NCBI RefSeq assembly: GCF_001598795.1
Contig: NZ_BCZP01000010.1
Coordinates: 30,001 to 62,000 of the forward strand
DNA: 32,000 nucleotides
Direction: 5' to 3'
Source of the DNA: Delftia acidovorans NBRC 14950
GTDB lineage: Bacteria > Pseudomonadota > Gammaproteobacteria > Burkholderiales > Burkholderiaceae_C
The first letter of the stretch is position 1, and every line of letters begins with the position of its first letter. Of this stretch, positions 18,501 through 26,891 are shown in pieces. The notes under the pieces were generated by a model. That model saw only the letters and a list, made by a program, of their open reading frames with translations. It did not search any database and was not told the DNA's origin. The translations under genes were made by a program, and so were the position numbers.

Positions 18501-19064
18501 CGCCGCCAGGGCCAGCAGGCCCTGTTCGAGCACATCGCCGCCCAGGCGAGCGACAGCGACCTGTGGCAGCACTTGGACGGCCTCATTGGCTCGGCCAAGG
18601 GCGACAAATACCGGCGCTTTGCCCAGGGCCTCACCCTGGACCACCTGCTGCACCTGGCCAACCTCCACCTGGCACGCCTGCACGGCCGCTACCTGCTGCG
18701 CCGCAAGCCCGAGGGCGAGCTGGAACTGGACATCGTCGACAGCTGGCAGGGCGACACCCCGCGCGACACGCGCACGCTATCGGGCGGCGAGGCCTTCCTC
18801 GTCAGCCTGGCCCTGGCCCTGGCGCTGTCCGACCTGGTCAGCCACAAGACCTCCATCGACTCCCTGTTCCTCGACGAAGGCTTTGGCACGCTCGATGCCG
18901 ACACGCTGGAGATCGCGCTCGACGCACTCGACCGGCTCAACGACAGCGGCAAGATGATCGGCATCATCAGCCACGTGGAGGCGCTCAAGGAGCGCATCGC
19001 CGTGCAGGTGCGGGTGGAGAAAGGCGGTGGCGTGGGGCATTCGAGGCTGGTGGTTTCGTCGTGA
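15567..19064 (+). CDS. sbcC: Exonuclease SbcCD, ATPase subunit C (Rad50-like SMC protein)
   Basis: Walker A is [17 protein letters not shown] long Q/A/L-rich coiled coil follows, with the central zinc hook CPLC at 17211..17222. The signature motif is [17 protein letters not shown], and Walker B / D-loop is [11 protein letters not shown]. Confidence 0.9.
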   Translation: MKILTLRLKNLNSLKGEWRIDFTQAPFAGNGLFAITGATGAGKSTLLDAICLALYHQTPRLNNISASANDLMTRHTADCLAEVEFEVKGQVYRAFWSQRRARDRLDGALQAPKVELARGDGIILSSQTRDKLEQTAAITGLDFERFTKSMLLAQGGFAAFLEANANVRAGLLEELTGTEIYGLISQKVFERARDARQRLDQLKAQADGVELLTPEARDALQAQADSLVTEQATLQADYLRTQAQHQWQQQLAQATQTLQAARTGCADAAQALEQATPELERLAHDEPAQALQPLHQAWQRSTAACDDSRQQLQQLREHEQQTQARLLLQHRHAQALSARLAQAAQDTLARQQTEHQTLEQFCTHHAAHALLGERLGSWRQQFKLRASQQQQAANQQQALRKLDAEQARMAQCAEAGTAQVQAATDAQARASAALQHAQDEQAQRLQGSGGMAELRAREQAEQDRLHLWRQAETQAAQRRELARQQAALEQALRDGEAQARAQDTSLQALRQQYKSVKEQVADKQTLLLQEQRIQSLSEHRHALQPGQPCPLCGAHEHPAVAAYEALDASATEAALRRKQDELDALQTQGETARATLAATTAAQAARQRQADELEQDIARWHGTWHDTWPGLTQPLQLAPDSWQQADTLAASAQACARQLDTLKRAVQAAEQGEQAVQQAKDAAQHSRQSLQTAQGQLALQQQALADHSARREELQQSIASLQAEAQALNAQLQASLGEAGHTLPDDAQPWLEAREAEWQHWQQARHDLQQLAQSMALQRKECEAAEAEAQRWRKQWETQWEAQWEAQRTAQPHPADTAVAEPPSLPLPPVEQLPQALAECASDIAALTRQQVALQGQQQQAQATLARQREEAAQAESAWQAALSTSPFADEPAFLQALLPAPERQRLAALRQQLQAAQQRAATLLEAAQREHTDLQAQALTDLAPEAIQALLQTLQERHTALSEQLGGARAQLADDQRRRQGQQALFEHIAAQASDSDLWQHLDGLIGSAKGDKYRRFAQGLTLDHLLHLANLHLARLHGRYLLRRKPEGELELDIVDSWQGDTPRDTRTLSGGEAFLVSLALALALSDLVSHKTSIDSLFLDEGFGTLDADTLEIALDALDRLNDSGKMIGIISHVEALKERIAVQVRVEKGGGVGHSRLVVSS

Positions 19065-19158
19065 TGCGGAACTGTCACCAAACTGCCTCCCAACGCCTGC
19101 ACCATCCTGCGGGCACGGCCTGCGTGGCCGCCGTTCACTCCTTTTCAAGGACCGTTCC

Positions 19159-19767
19159 ATGCAAGTGCGCTTTCCCAATCCCTTCGGCCTGGCCCTGCCC
19201 GACGCCCAGGCGGTGCGCGAGTACCAGGCCGCGCAAGGCTTCTCCGACGCCTACGCGCAGTTCCTGATCACGCAGAACGGCCTGGACTTCGACCGGCTCG
19301 AAGCGGCGCCCGACCGCGAGGACTACCTGCAGGCCGACGACGAGACCGGCGACAACCACGCCTGGCTGCGCACCCTGCACCACTTCCGCGCAGGCTCGGA
19401 GCACTGCGACGTGGAGGACCACCAGCGCGAGAACCTGTTTGCCGCGCACTTCATGGTCATTGGCCATGACCCCGGCGGCAACCCCTTCGTGGAAGTGCTG
19501 CACGGCGCCTTCAAGGGCCGCATCGGCAGCCTGGACCATGAGCTGTTTGCAGGCTGCGAGGACCTGGAGCAGTTCCTCGAAGAAATGGAACTGAGCGGCT
19601 TTGCCGCCGCCAGCGTGGACGAACAGACCGACATGCTTTGCGACGAAGACCAGGGCCTGATCTGGTTCCACGCCAGCAGCCTGGACAGCTTCGTGCAGCA
19701 ATGCGTGTTCTGCGACGAGGACGGCTCGGGCTTCGTGGTGGACGAGCCGGGGTTGGAAGAGGATTGA
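19159..19767 (+). CDS. SMI1/KNR4 (SUKH-superfamily) protein
   Basis: The sequence ...YAQFLITQNGLDF... and ...FMVIGHDPGGNPFVEVLHGAFKGRIGSLDHE... fits the SUKH pattern, and the C-terminus is acidic. The start is taken at the internal ATG at 19159. The family call is from pattern only. Confidence 0.55.
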   Translation: MQVRFPNPFGLALPDAQAVREYQAAQGFSDAYAQFLITQNGLDFDRLEAAPDREDYLQADDETGDNHAWLRTLHHFRAGSEHCDVEDHQRENLFAAHFMVIGHDPGGNPFVEVLHGAFKGRIGSLDHELFAGCEDLEQFLEEMELSGFAAASVDEQTDMLCDEDQGLIWFHASSLDSFVQQCVFCDEDGSGFVVDEPGLEED

Positions 19768-19959
19768 GCCACGGGGCGGGGAGGCCGGTGCTCGTGCGCA
19801 AAGGAAACCACTGCGCATTGGCATGACCGGTGGCTTGGCGTTCGCGTGCAGTTGCTCGCAACCGGCCAATCAGGCATGCCAGAATGCCCGGCGCCTTTGC
19901 GGCCATCGTCATTGCATCGGCATCAGGCAGCCCGGCCTATTCGGATTCAGGACCTCCAC

Positions 19960-20403
19960 ATGCGAGCAAAAAAGCTGACAACCCTGGCACTGGCAGCCTG
20001 CATCCCTCTGTGGAGCCTCGCCACGGAAATCATTCCTCAACCCGATGAACGCGCCTTGCGCGAGGAATGCAGTGCCCACTCCCAGGCCGGAATGCGAGAC
20101 TGCCTGGCGCGCAGGCTCGCAGACAGCCACAAGGCCTTGAAGCAGGCCGAGGAACAGGCAGCCAGCGCACTGGGGCAATGGGATGAGGATGCCAAATATG
20201 CCGCCCAGGCCAAGGCCAGGCTGTCCGCCTCCGGCAAGGAATTCACGCAGTACCGCGATGCCCAATGCAGCTGGCTTGCTTCTCTGGCTGGCGGCGCAGC
20301 CGGCAACGCGACGGAGATCAGGCGCCTGTCCTGTGCTGCAGCACTGAACTTCGGGCGGGCCGCGCAGCTGCGCGATGCCACATCCGAGCTGCCGTTGAAA
20401 TAG
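19960..20403 (+). CDS. Secreted DUF1311 (LprI-like, lysozyme-inhibitor family) protein
   Basis: The signal peptide is MRAKKLTTLALAACIPLWSLA. Conserved Cys spacing is present (C...C...FTQYRDAQC...C), with the FxxYRxAxC element typical of DUF1311. Confidence 0.55.
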   Translation: MRAKKLTTLALAACIPLWSLATEIIPQPDERALREECSAHSQAGMRDCLARRLADSHKALKQAEEQAASALGQWDEDAKYAAQAKARLSASGKEFTQYRDAQCSWLASLAGGAAGNATEIRRLSCAAALNFGRAAQLRDATSELPLK

Positions 20404-20440
20404 CACGGAGCGCCCGCTGCGGGCGCGCCTGAGGTGCGTG

Positions 20441-20899
20441 TCAGTGGAACTTCACCGGCTGCACCCCCCGGTGCTTGGGCCTGACCACCACGGTGCCCGC
20501 AATCTTGTCGTGCCAGCCTTGCTTGCGCGGGTCAAAGGCCACCCAGATCAGCCCCAGGCACAGCGGGATGATGGACACGAAGTAGGCCAGGTAGCGAATG
20601 ATGGCCTGCCGTGTGCTCATGTCCGCGCCGGTCTGCGCGTCCACGATCCTGGCGGCGATGAGCATCTTGCCCGGCGTGGCCTGTTTCTTGATCCAGAAGA
20701 TGACGACGGCAATGGCAGGCAGCACCCAGGAGATGACGAAATCGGCCGGGCCGTGCAGCAGTTTTTCGGATTCCAGGTATTCCCAGCCATAGATGGAGAT
20801 CAGGGCCGGAAGCATGAGCACGAGCAGGATCACGGTGTCGATCAGCGCGGCGCCGGTGCGGGCCCAGAAGCCCACGTATTCGAGATCGTCATCCTGCAT
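20441..20899 (-). CDS. RDD-family membrane protein
   Basis: The product reads YVGFWARTGAALIDTVILLV...TPGKMLIAARIV...GWHDKIAGTVVV, the RDD domain pattern with three transmembrane segments. The start is the internal ATG at 20899. Confidence 0.75.
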   Translation of the reverse strand: MQDDDLEYVGFWARTGAALIDTVILLVLMLPALISIYGWEYLESEKLLHGPADFVISWVLPAIAVVIFWIKKQATPGKMLIAARIVDAQTGADMSTRQAIIRYLAYFVSIIPLCLGLIWVAFDPRKQGWHDKIAGTVVVRPKHRGVQPVKFH

Positions 20900-21012
20900 G
20901 GTGCGCCCTGGTTGGCATATGAGGCTGCCAGTGTGCCACCTCGGTGCCCCGCCAGAAATGCCGCGCAAGGCCAGGGCCTGCGCGACAGGGTTGCGGCGGC
21001 CTGTCGGTCGAA

Positions 21013-22077
21013 CTATCGATCGAATACCGCCTGCAGGTCCTTCTGCCCCGTCACGCCGGACTGCAGCGCCAGCATCAGCAGGATCCGTGCCTTGGGCGCG
21101 CGCAGGTCGTCGGCCATGACGGCGCCGGCCTCGAACGAGGTCTTGCCGCCGCCCTCGAAGCCGTAGCTGGGCATGACGCGGCCGTTGTGCACGCGCGTGC
21201 TGACGACCACGGGCACGTTCTTGCCGATGGCGTACTTGGCGGCCTCGAGCATGGCGACGTTCATGTTGCCCATGCCCAGGGCGTCGATGACGATGCCCTT
21301 GACGCCACGGTCCACCGCCTGGCGCACGGCCTGGCCGTTGGCGCCGCCGTACATGGGGAAGATTTCCACCTCGGGCATGGTCTGCGCCTGAATGGGCAGG
21401 TGCTGGCGGCGCGCGGGGGTGGAGGCGAAGTTCACGCGGTCCGGGTAGACCTCGCCCAGAAAGCCGAATTCACCCGAGCGGAAGGTCTCCACGTTGGCCG
21501 TGTGTGTCTTGGTGACGTAGCGCGCGGCGTTGATCTGGTTGTTCATGGCCAGCATGGCGCCCTTGTCGCGCGCCTTGGGGTCCACGGCGATGCGCACGGC
21601 GTTGAGCAGGTTGCGCGGCCCGTCGAAGTCGGACACCGAGGCATTGCGCTGCGCGCCGATGAGCACGACGGGCTTGGACGACTGCACGGTCAGGTCCAGC
21701 CAGAAGGCGGTTTCCTCCAGCGTGTCCGTGCCGTGCGAGACGATGGCGCCGGCCACCTCAGGGCGGGCCAGCGCGGCCTGTACGGCCTGGGTGAGCTGCA
21801 CCCAGCGGGCCGGGTCCATGTAGTCGGAGGGCACGTTGGACAGGTTGTTGACCTGGATGCGCGCGTACTTGCCCACGTCGGGCACGGTGGCCAGCAGGTC
21901 GTCGCCCGAGATCGCGGGCACGGGCGCGTTCTTGACCGGGTCGATCTTCATGGCGATGGTGCCGCCCGTGGCGATGAACTGGACCACGGGCTTGTCCTGG
22001 GCGGCGGCGCTGGTAGCAATCATGGGCAAGGTGCAGGCAGTGAGCAGGGCGAGGGCGGTGCGGCGGAAGGCTTTCAC
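21013..22077 (-). CDS. ansB: Periplasmic type II L-asparaginase / glutaminase-asparaginase
   Basis: A signal peptide is followed by the active-site motifs FIATGGTIAM and IVSHGTDTLEETAFWL. The start is GTG at 22077, with AAGGAGA 8 nt upstream. Confidence 0.9.
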   Translation of the reverse strand: MKAFRRTALALLTACTLPMIATSAAAQDKPVVQFIATGGTIAMKIDPVKNAPVPAISGDDLLATVPDVGKYARIQVNNLSNVPSDYMDPARWVQLTQAVQAALARPEVAGAIVSHGTDTLEETAFWLDLTVQSSKPVVLIGAQRNASVSDFDGPRNLLNAVRIAVDPKARDKGAMLAMNNQINAARYVTKTHTANVETFRSGEFGFLGEVYPDRVNFASTPARRQHLPIQAQTMPEVEIFPMYGGANGQAVRQAVDRGVKGIVIDALGMGNMNVAMLEAAKYAIGKNVPVVVSTRVHNGRVMPSYGFEGGGKTSFEAGAVMADDLRAPKARILLMLALQSGVTGQKDLQAVFDR

Positions 22078-22196
22078 GGGTGTTGTCTCCTTGTTGTGAT
22101 GTCAAGGAGCATGCTAACCATGGCGTGCGGCCGGCCCGCGCTGCCGGCCCTGCGTGAAACCCTGATGGACAGGCGCGATCAGCGCGCATCAACGCA

Positions 22197-22703
22197 TCAA
22201 AGCGCCAGCGCGGCCTCGATGTCCGTGGACAGCTTGGCCGGCGCATCCTGCGGCGCATAGCGGCGGATGACCTGGCCGTCGCGGCCAACGAGGAATTTGG
22301 TGAAGTTCCACTTGATGGCCTTGGTGCCGAGCACGCCCGGCGCCTCGGCCGTGAGCCAGCGGTACAGCGGGTGGGCGTTTGCGCCGTTGACGTCGATCTT
22401 GCCCATGAGCGGAAAGCGCACGCCAAAGTTCAGGTCGCAGAAACTGGCGATTTCCGATTCGCTGCCCTTTTCCTGGGAACCGAACTGGTTGCAGGGAAAG
22501 CCCAGCACCACCAGGCCGCGCTCGCCGTACTGCTCATGCAGCGCCTGCAGGCCGGCGTACTGCGGCGTGAAGCCGCAGGCGCTGGCGGTGTTGACGATGA
22601 GCAGCACCTTGCCGCGGTAGTCCGACAGGGGGACAGCCTGGCCCGTGATGGAGGTGGCCTCGAAGTCGTAGGCCGAGCGGGGCGCGGCGGCGGTGTCATT
22701 CAT
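22197..22703 (-). CDS. gpx: Glutathione peroxidase
   Basis: The GPx signatures GKVLLIVNTASACGFTPQY...LGFPCNQFGSQE...WNFTKFLV are present, with Cys at the catalytic position. Confidence 0.9.
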   Translation of the reverse strand: MNDTAAAPRSAYDFEATSITGQAVPLSDYRGKVLLIVNTASACGFTPQYAGLQALHEQYGERGLVVLGFPCNQFGSQEKGSESEIASFCDLNFGVRFPLMGKIDVNGANAHPLYRWLTAEAPGVLGTKAIKWNFTKFLVGRDGQVIRRYAPQDAPAKLSTDIEAALAL

Positions 22704-22919
22704 GCGGGTGCTCCTGGAGTGGAGCGCCCATGGTAGCGCCGGGACACCCAGGGGCGCGCTGGCCGGGCATGGGGATGCGGACTTGTCTCACAGACAGCAG
22801 GCGACCAAAAACTTACCTTGGAAGGCAACAGGCGGGCACATCGGCCCGCCTGGTCCCGTTTCGCTGGCAGGTGTTTACAAGCCGCATAGGCGCATGCCTG
22901 CCGTAGTTTCCGTCCCACG

Positions 22920-23504
22920 ATGAAGAGACCACGTATGAACCCCAACAGCACCCCCACGAAGCAAGCCAAATCCAATGCCGGCAACGGCCACCTGGCACTG
23001 GACCCCAAGGCCCTGGAGGCCGCCAAGCACAGCCTGGACGATGGCGCCGTGACCCCGCACTTCGGACCCTGGCGCGAGGACATCATCAAGCTGCTCAATG
23101 ACTCGCTGGCCACCGAGCTGGTGTGCGTGATGCGCTACAAGCGCCACCACTTCACGGCCGTGGGCCTGGCTTCGCCCGCCATTGCCGACGAGTTCCTGGT
23201 CCATGCCAACGAGGAAATGGCCCACGCCGACAAGCTGGCCCAGCGCATCGTGCAGTTGGGCGGCGAGCCCGACTTCAACCCCCAGACGCTGACCCAGCGC
23301 AGCCATGCCGACTACAACGGCGAGACGGACCTGAAGGCCATGATCCGCACCAACCTGATCGCCGAGCGCGTGGCCATCGAGGCCTACAGCCAGATGATCG
23401 ACCTGATCGGCGACAAGGACCCGACCACGCGCCGGCTGATCGAATCCATCCTGGAGCAGGAGCAGGAACACGCGGACGAGCTGTCCGACTGGCTGGAGAA
23501 ATAA
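22920..23504 (+). CDS. Ferritin-like di-iron protein (bacterioferritin-related) with about 45-aa N-terminal extension
   Basis: The four-helix ferritin-like ligand pattern is present: ATELV...EEMAHADKL...AERVAIEAY...EQEQEHADEL (E, ExxH, E, ExxH). An alternative start is the ATG at 22935. Confidence 0.7.
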   Translation: MKRPRMNPNSTPTKQAKSNAGNGHLALDPKALEAAKHSLDDGAVTPHFGPWREDIIKLLNDSLATELVCVMRYKRHHFTAVGLASPAIADEFLVHANEEMAHADKLAQRIVQLGGEPDFNPQTLTQRSHADYNGETDLKAMIRTNLIAERVAIEAYSQMIDLIGDKDPTTRRLIESILEQEQEHADELSDWLEK

Positions 23505-23560
23505 GCACTTCCCGCCAGTACCCGCCAGCCCGACAATACCGGGGCTTGGCCCATAGGCAA

Positions 23561-23592
23561 GGCACCCCGCGCGAGCGGGGTGCCGTTTTTTT
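23561..23592 (+). terminator. Rho-independent terminator of the ferritin-like gene
   Basis: The sequence is GGCACCCCGC-gcga-GCGGGGTGCC followed by GTTTTTTT. Confidence 0.75.
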
Positions 23593-23667
23593 GGGCATTC
23601 TCTCGGCTTCGCGGAATGGTCCCGCCCTATCGGCCCTGATGTCCTGTCATCAGGGCCGTCTTGCAAT

Positions 23668-26193
23668 ATGCGCTTTTCTTTCAATGACTTGAAGCTGCCC
23701 GACGCTGTGCTCACAGCCTGGCAAAGGCTGCTGGCCAGCCGCATCGGCCAGCGCGTGGCGGCCCTGCCCTGGTGGCACCGCTGGCCCACGCGGCGCGAAT
23801 GGCTGCTGTTCGCCGCCGCGCTGCCGCTGCTGTTTGCGCTGTATGTGCTGGCCCTGATCCCGTTCACGCCCGGCATCCGCGACATACGCAAGGCCAAGCT
23901 GGAGCAGCCCGCCCAGATCATGAGCGCGGATGGCAAGCAGCTCGCGCAGTTCAAGCGCAGCAACCGGCAATGGGTGAAGCTCGACGAGATGTCGCCCTCG
24001 GTGATCAAGGCGCTGATCGCCACGGAGGACCACCGCTTCTACGAGCACCACGGCATGGACTGGCGGCGCACGCTGGGCTCGGTGGTGCACACGCTGCGCG
24101 GCGATCCGCAGGGCGGCTCCACCCTCACCCAGCAGCTCGCACGCAACCTGTACCCGACCGAAATCGGCCGCGCGCCCACGCTCAACCGCAAGCTCAAGGA
24201 GGCGATCACGGCCTTCAAGATCGAGGCGCTCTACACCAAGGACGAGATCCTCGAGACCTATCTGAACACCGTGCCTTTCCTCTACAACGCCTTCGGCATA
24301 GAGATGGCGGCGCGCACCTATTTCGACAAACCGGCCGCGCGGCTGACGGTGCTGGAAAGCGCCACGCTGGTGGGCATGCTCAAGGGCACGAGCTACTACA
24401 ACCCGGTGCTCAACCCCGACCGCGCGCTGTACCGCCGCAACACGGTGCTGTCGCAAATGGTCAAGCGCGGCGTGCTGCAGGAGGCCGAGTTCGCCCAGCT
24501 CAAGAAGCGCCCCATGCGCATCAACTTCGAGCGCCAGGAAGAGCCCCTGGGCATGGCACCCCACTTCGCGCAGCAGCTGCGCAAATGGCTGATCGACTGG
24601 GCCGACCGCAACGACTACAACATCTACACCGACGGCCTGGTGGTGCACACCACCATCGACTCGCGCCTGCAGAACTGGGCCAACCAGGCCGTGGCGCGCC
24701 AGACGCGCACGCTGCAGGGCGTGGCCAACGGCGCCTGGAGCCAGCGCGACGGCTGGAATGCCGCCAACCCGCTGGTGCAACAGCTGGTGCGGGAGACCCC
24801 CGCCTGGCGCGCGGCGCGCAAACGCGCGGACGGCCAAGGCAAGGACAAGGTAACGGACAAAGACAGCGAGGAAGACACCCTCAAGGCCCTGCTGGCCGAC
24901 AAGGCCTTCATGAAGCAGCTGCGCGAGGACAAGACCCGCGTGCAGGCAGGCTTTGTGGCGCTGAACCCGGCCACCTCCGAAGTGCTGGCCTGGGTGGGCA
25001 GCCGCGACTTCACGCAGGACGCCTACGACCATGTGCAGCAGGCACGGCGACAGCCCGGATCGACCTTCAAGCCCTTTGTCTATGGCGCCGCGCTGCAGCA
25101 GGGCGCCACCCCCGACGACAAGCGCGTGGACGGCCCCGTGGAAATCAAGCTGCCCGGCGGCGAAGTCTGGCGCCCCACCGACGCCACGCCACCCACGGGC
25201 CGCGAGATGACGCTGCGCGACGCCCTGGCCTACTCCAAGAACACCATCACCGCCGAAGTCATGCAGTCCGTGGGCCCCGCCCGCGTGGCGCGCCTGGCGC
25301 GCGCCCTGGGCGTGCGCCAAAGCCCGCTGGACGAAGTGCCCGCCCTGGCCCTGGGCAGCAGCCCCGTGTCACTGCTGGAAATGGTCAACGCCTATGCCAG
25401 CCTGGCCCACGGTGGCCGCTGGCTGCCGCCCATGATGGTCACGCGCATCGAGGACGCCGAGGGCAAAGTCATCGCCGAATTCAGCCCGCCCAAGCCCGAG
25501 CGCGCGCTGGACGAAGACCACGCCTACGCCCTGGTGGACATGCTGCGCGCCGTGGTGGACAAAGGCACGGCCGTGGCCGTGCGCCAGCGCTACGGCATCC
25601 ACGCAGACGTGGCCGGCAAGACCGGCACCACCCAGGGCAATGCCGACGGTTGGTTCATCCTCATGCACCCGGAAATCGTCACCGGCGCCTGGGCCGGCTT
25701 CAACGACCCGCGCATCACCCTGCGCAGCGACCGCTGGGGCCAGGGCTCGCGCAGCGCCCTGCCCATGGTGGGAGACTTCATGTCCCGCGCCCTGCGCAGC
25801 CCTGTCATCGACGCCAAGGCCCGCTTCGAGCCGCCCGAACAAAGCCACTGGTGGTCCGACATGGTCGGCCGCCTGCGCGAACGCATGCAGGACTGGTGGC
25901 CTGACCAGCCGCCGCCCGCACAGCCCGGCCAACCCACCACCCCGGAGCCAGCACCGGCCCCTGAACCCGCACCCGAGCCCACGGAGCCACCCGGCCCGGG
26001 CCTGTCGCCCGGCGAGGAAATCATAGAAAGCACTCCCACCCTGCCCGCCCCCAGCATCCCCCTCACCCAGGGCACACTGGGCCCCACGGACCAGCGCGCA
26101 GTGCAGGAAGCCACCCCCGCCACGCCAGCCCTGCCCAGCGGCGAAGACGTCCCCGCAGGCACCGGCGTAGTGATCACGCCGATCCAGCCCTGA
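23668..26193 (+). CDS. mrcA: Class A penicillin-binding protein 1A (bifunctional glycosyltransferase/transpeptidase)
   Basis: GT51 motifs are ATEDHRFYEHHG and GGSTLTQQLARN. Transpeptidase motifs are STFKPF, SKN and KTGTT. There is an N-terminal membrane anchor and a 97-aa Pro-rich C-terminal tail. Confidence 0.9.
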   Translation: MRFSFNDLKLPDAVLTAWQRLLASRIGQRVAALPWWHRWPTRREWLLFAAALPLLFALYVLALIPFTPGIRDIRKAKLEQPAQIMSADGKQLAQFKRSNRQWVKLDEMSPSVIKALIATEDHRFYEHHGMDWRRTLGSVVHTLRGDPQGGSTLTQQLARNLYPTEIGRAPTLNRKLKEAITAFKIEALYTKDEILETYLNTVPFLYNAFGIEMAARTYFDKPAARLTVLESATLVGMLKGTSYYNPVLNPDRALYRRNTVLSQMVKRGVLQEAEFAQLKKRPMRINFERQEEPLGMAPHFAQQLRKWLIDWADRNDYNIYTDGLVVHTTIDSRLQNWANQAVARQTRTLQGVANGAWSQRDGWNAANPLVQQLVRETPAWRAARKRADGQGKDKVTDKDSEEDTLKALLADKAFMKQLREDKTRVQAGFVALNPATSEVLAWVGSRDFTQDAYDHVQQARRQPGSTFKPFVYGAALQQGATPDDKRVDGPVEIKLPGGEVWRPTDATPPTGREMTLRDALAYSKNTITAEVMQSVGPARVARLARALGVRQSPLDEVPALALGSSPVSLLEMVNAYASLAHGGRWLPPMMVTRIEDAEGKVIAEFSPPKPERALDEDHAYALVDMLRAVVDKGTAVAVRQRYGIHADVAGKTGTTQGNADGWFILMHPEIVTGAWAGFNDPRITLRSDRWGQGSRSALPMVGDFMSRALRSPVIDAKARFEPPEQSHWWSDMVGRLRERMQDWWPDQPPPAQPGQPTTPEPAPAPEPAPEPTEPPGPGLSPGEEIIESTPTLPAPSIPLTQGTLGPTDQRAVQEATPATPALPSGEDVPAGTGVVITPIQP

Positions 26194-26195
26194 CC

Positions 26196-26297
26196 CTGCT
26201 GGCTGCTGGCTGTTGGCTGCTGGCTGTTGGCTGTTGGCTGTTGGCTGTTGGCTGTTGGCTGTTGGCTGTTGGCTGTTGGCTGTTGGCTGTTGGCTGT
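26196..26297. repeat. Heptanucleotide tandem repeat (CTGYTGG), 14 full units plus a partial unit
   Basis: I counted this directly. Units 1, 2 and 4 are CTGCTGG and the other eleven are CTGTTGG. The array begins 3 nt after the PBP1A TGA stop. Confidence 0.95.
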
Positions 26298-26310
26298 CCT
26301 TCAGCCTCTC

Positions 26311-26570
26311 CCCTTCTGCCCACGCCTGCGTTGGGCGGGATGCGGGGTGGCAGCCCTGCCGAAGGACAGGGCTGCTTCGTTGTCTAGCTCGCCGTGATGT
26401 TTGAGTGAAGCGCGCAGCGCGCAACGAGTTTCACGGCGCACCCCGCATCCCGCCCAACGCAGGTCGCCCGTAGCGAAGCGAAGGGTCGTGGGCAGTGGGG
26501 CGCGCTTCTTTGCCTACTTTCTTGCCGCGCGGCAAGAAAGTCGGTCGGCCGCCGGGCCGAAACCCGGCCT
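26311..26570. repeat. Composite nested-palindrome (REP/MITE-like) intergenic element
   Basis: Six components are visible. (1) A 25-bp perfect inverted repeat, CCTGCGTTGGGCGGGATGCGGGGTG (26325..26349), pairs with 26439..26463. (2) It is extended by CTGCCCACG (26316..26324) pairing with CGTGGGCAG (26487..26495) across a 23-nt bulge. (3) An inner hairpin, CAGCCCTG-N8-CAGGGCTG, lies at 26351..26374. (4) GCGCGC-A-GCGCGC lies at 26410..26422. (5) A separate perfect 24-bp palindrome, CTTTCTTGCCGCGCGGCAAGAAAG, lies at 26517..26540. (6) GCCGGG-N6-CCCGGC lies at 26551..26568. Confidence 0.7.
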
Positions 26571-26628
26571 CGAAAAACAACCACCCGGCAGGGACAAATC
26601 CGGCGAAAGAATCAAAGCACAAACCGAG

Positions 26629-26808
26629 TCACCGCGAAGTCCGCGTATGACTCACATTGGCATCCACAGTCCCAAACACCGTCACCCCACTGCCACTGGA
26701 CGCCTGGCTCCCCGAAACATCCCCAGGCACCCCGCCCGCACAGCCAGCCAGCCCCACACTCAAGGCCACCAGCACCATCGCGGCCAGCCCACGCATGCCG
26801 TACTTCAT
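26629..26808 (-). CDS. Small putative lipoprotein (59 aa)
   Basis: The signal plus lipobox reads MKYGMRGLAAMVLVALSVGLAGC, followed by a Gly/Ser-rich mature part. AAGGAG lies 6 nt upstream of the ATG at 26808, which favours it over the upstream ATG at 26823. Confidence 0.5.
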   Translation of the reverse strand: MKYGMRGLAAMVLVALSVGLAGCAGGVPGDVSGSQASSGSGVTVFGTVDANVSHTRTSR

Positions 26809-26891
26809 CGCAATCTCCTTCATCTCCGGCGCAACCGACCGGCACAGCCCATGTTAGCCGCGCCAACCCGCCGCCCCGTGAGCGAAGGTAA

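Noticed and set aside
20410-20426. GC hairpins without T-runs. They lie between the convergent DUF1311 and RDD genes (GCGCCCGC-T-GCGGGCGC), after the second Bug gene (about 6159..6182), after gpx (about 22127..22147) and after topB (about 27727..27761).
   Set aside because: They may act as terminators or mRNA stabilisers, but they lack the U-tract needed to call an intrinsic terminator from sequence alone.
25369-26424. A minus-strand ORF with the striking peptide repeat QQPTANSQQPTANSQQPTANS.
   Set aside because: The peptide repeat is simply three heptanucleotide DNA units read per 21 nt. The rest of the ORF is antisense to the PBP1A tail and runs through the palindromic element. There is no start context.
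26196-26570. Possible CRISPR array (regular short repeats followed by palindromes).
   Set aside because: The 7-bp units are contiguous with no spacers. The palindromes are single copies of different sequences. No cas genes are present in the window.
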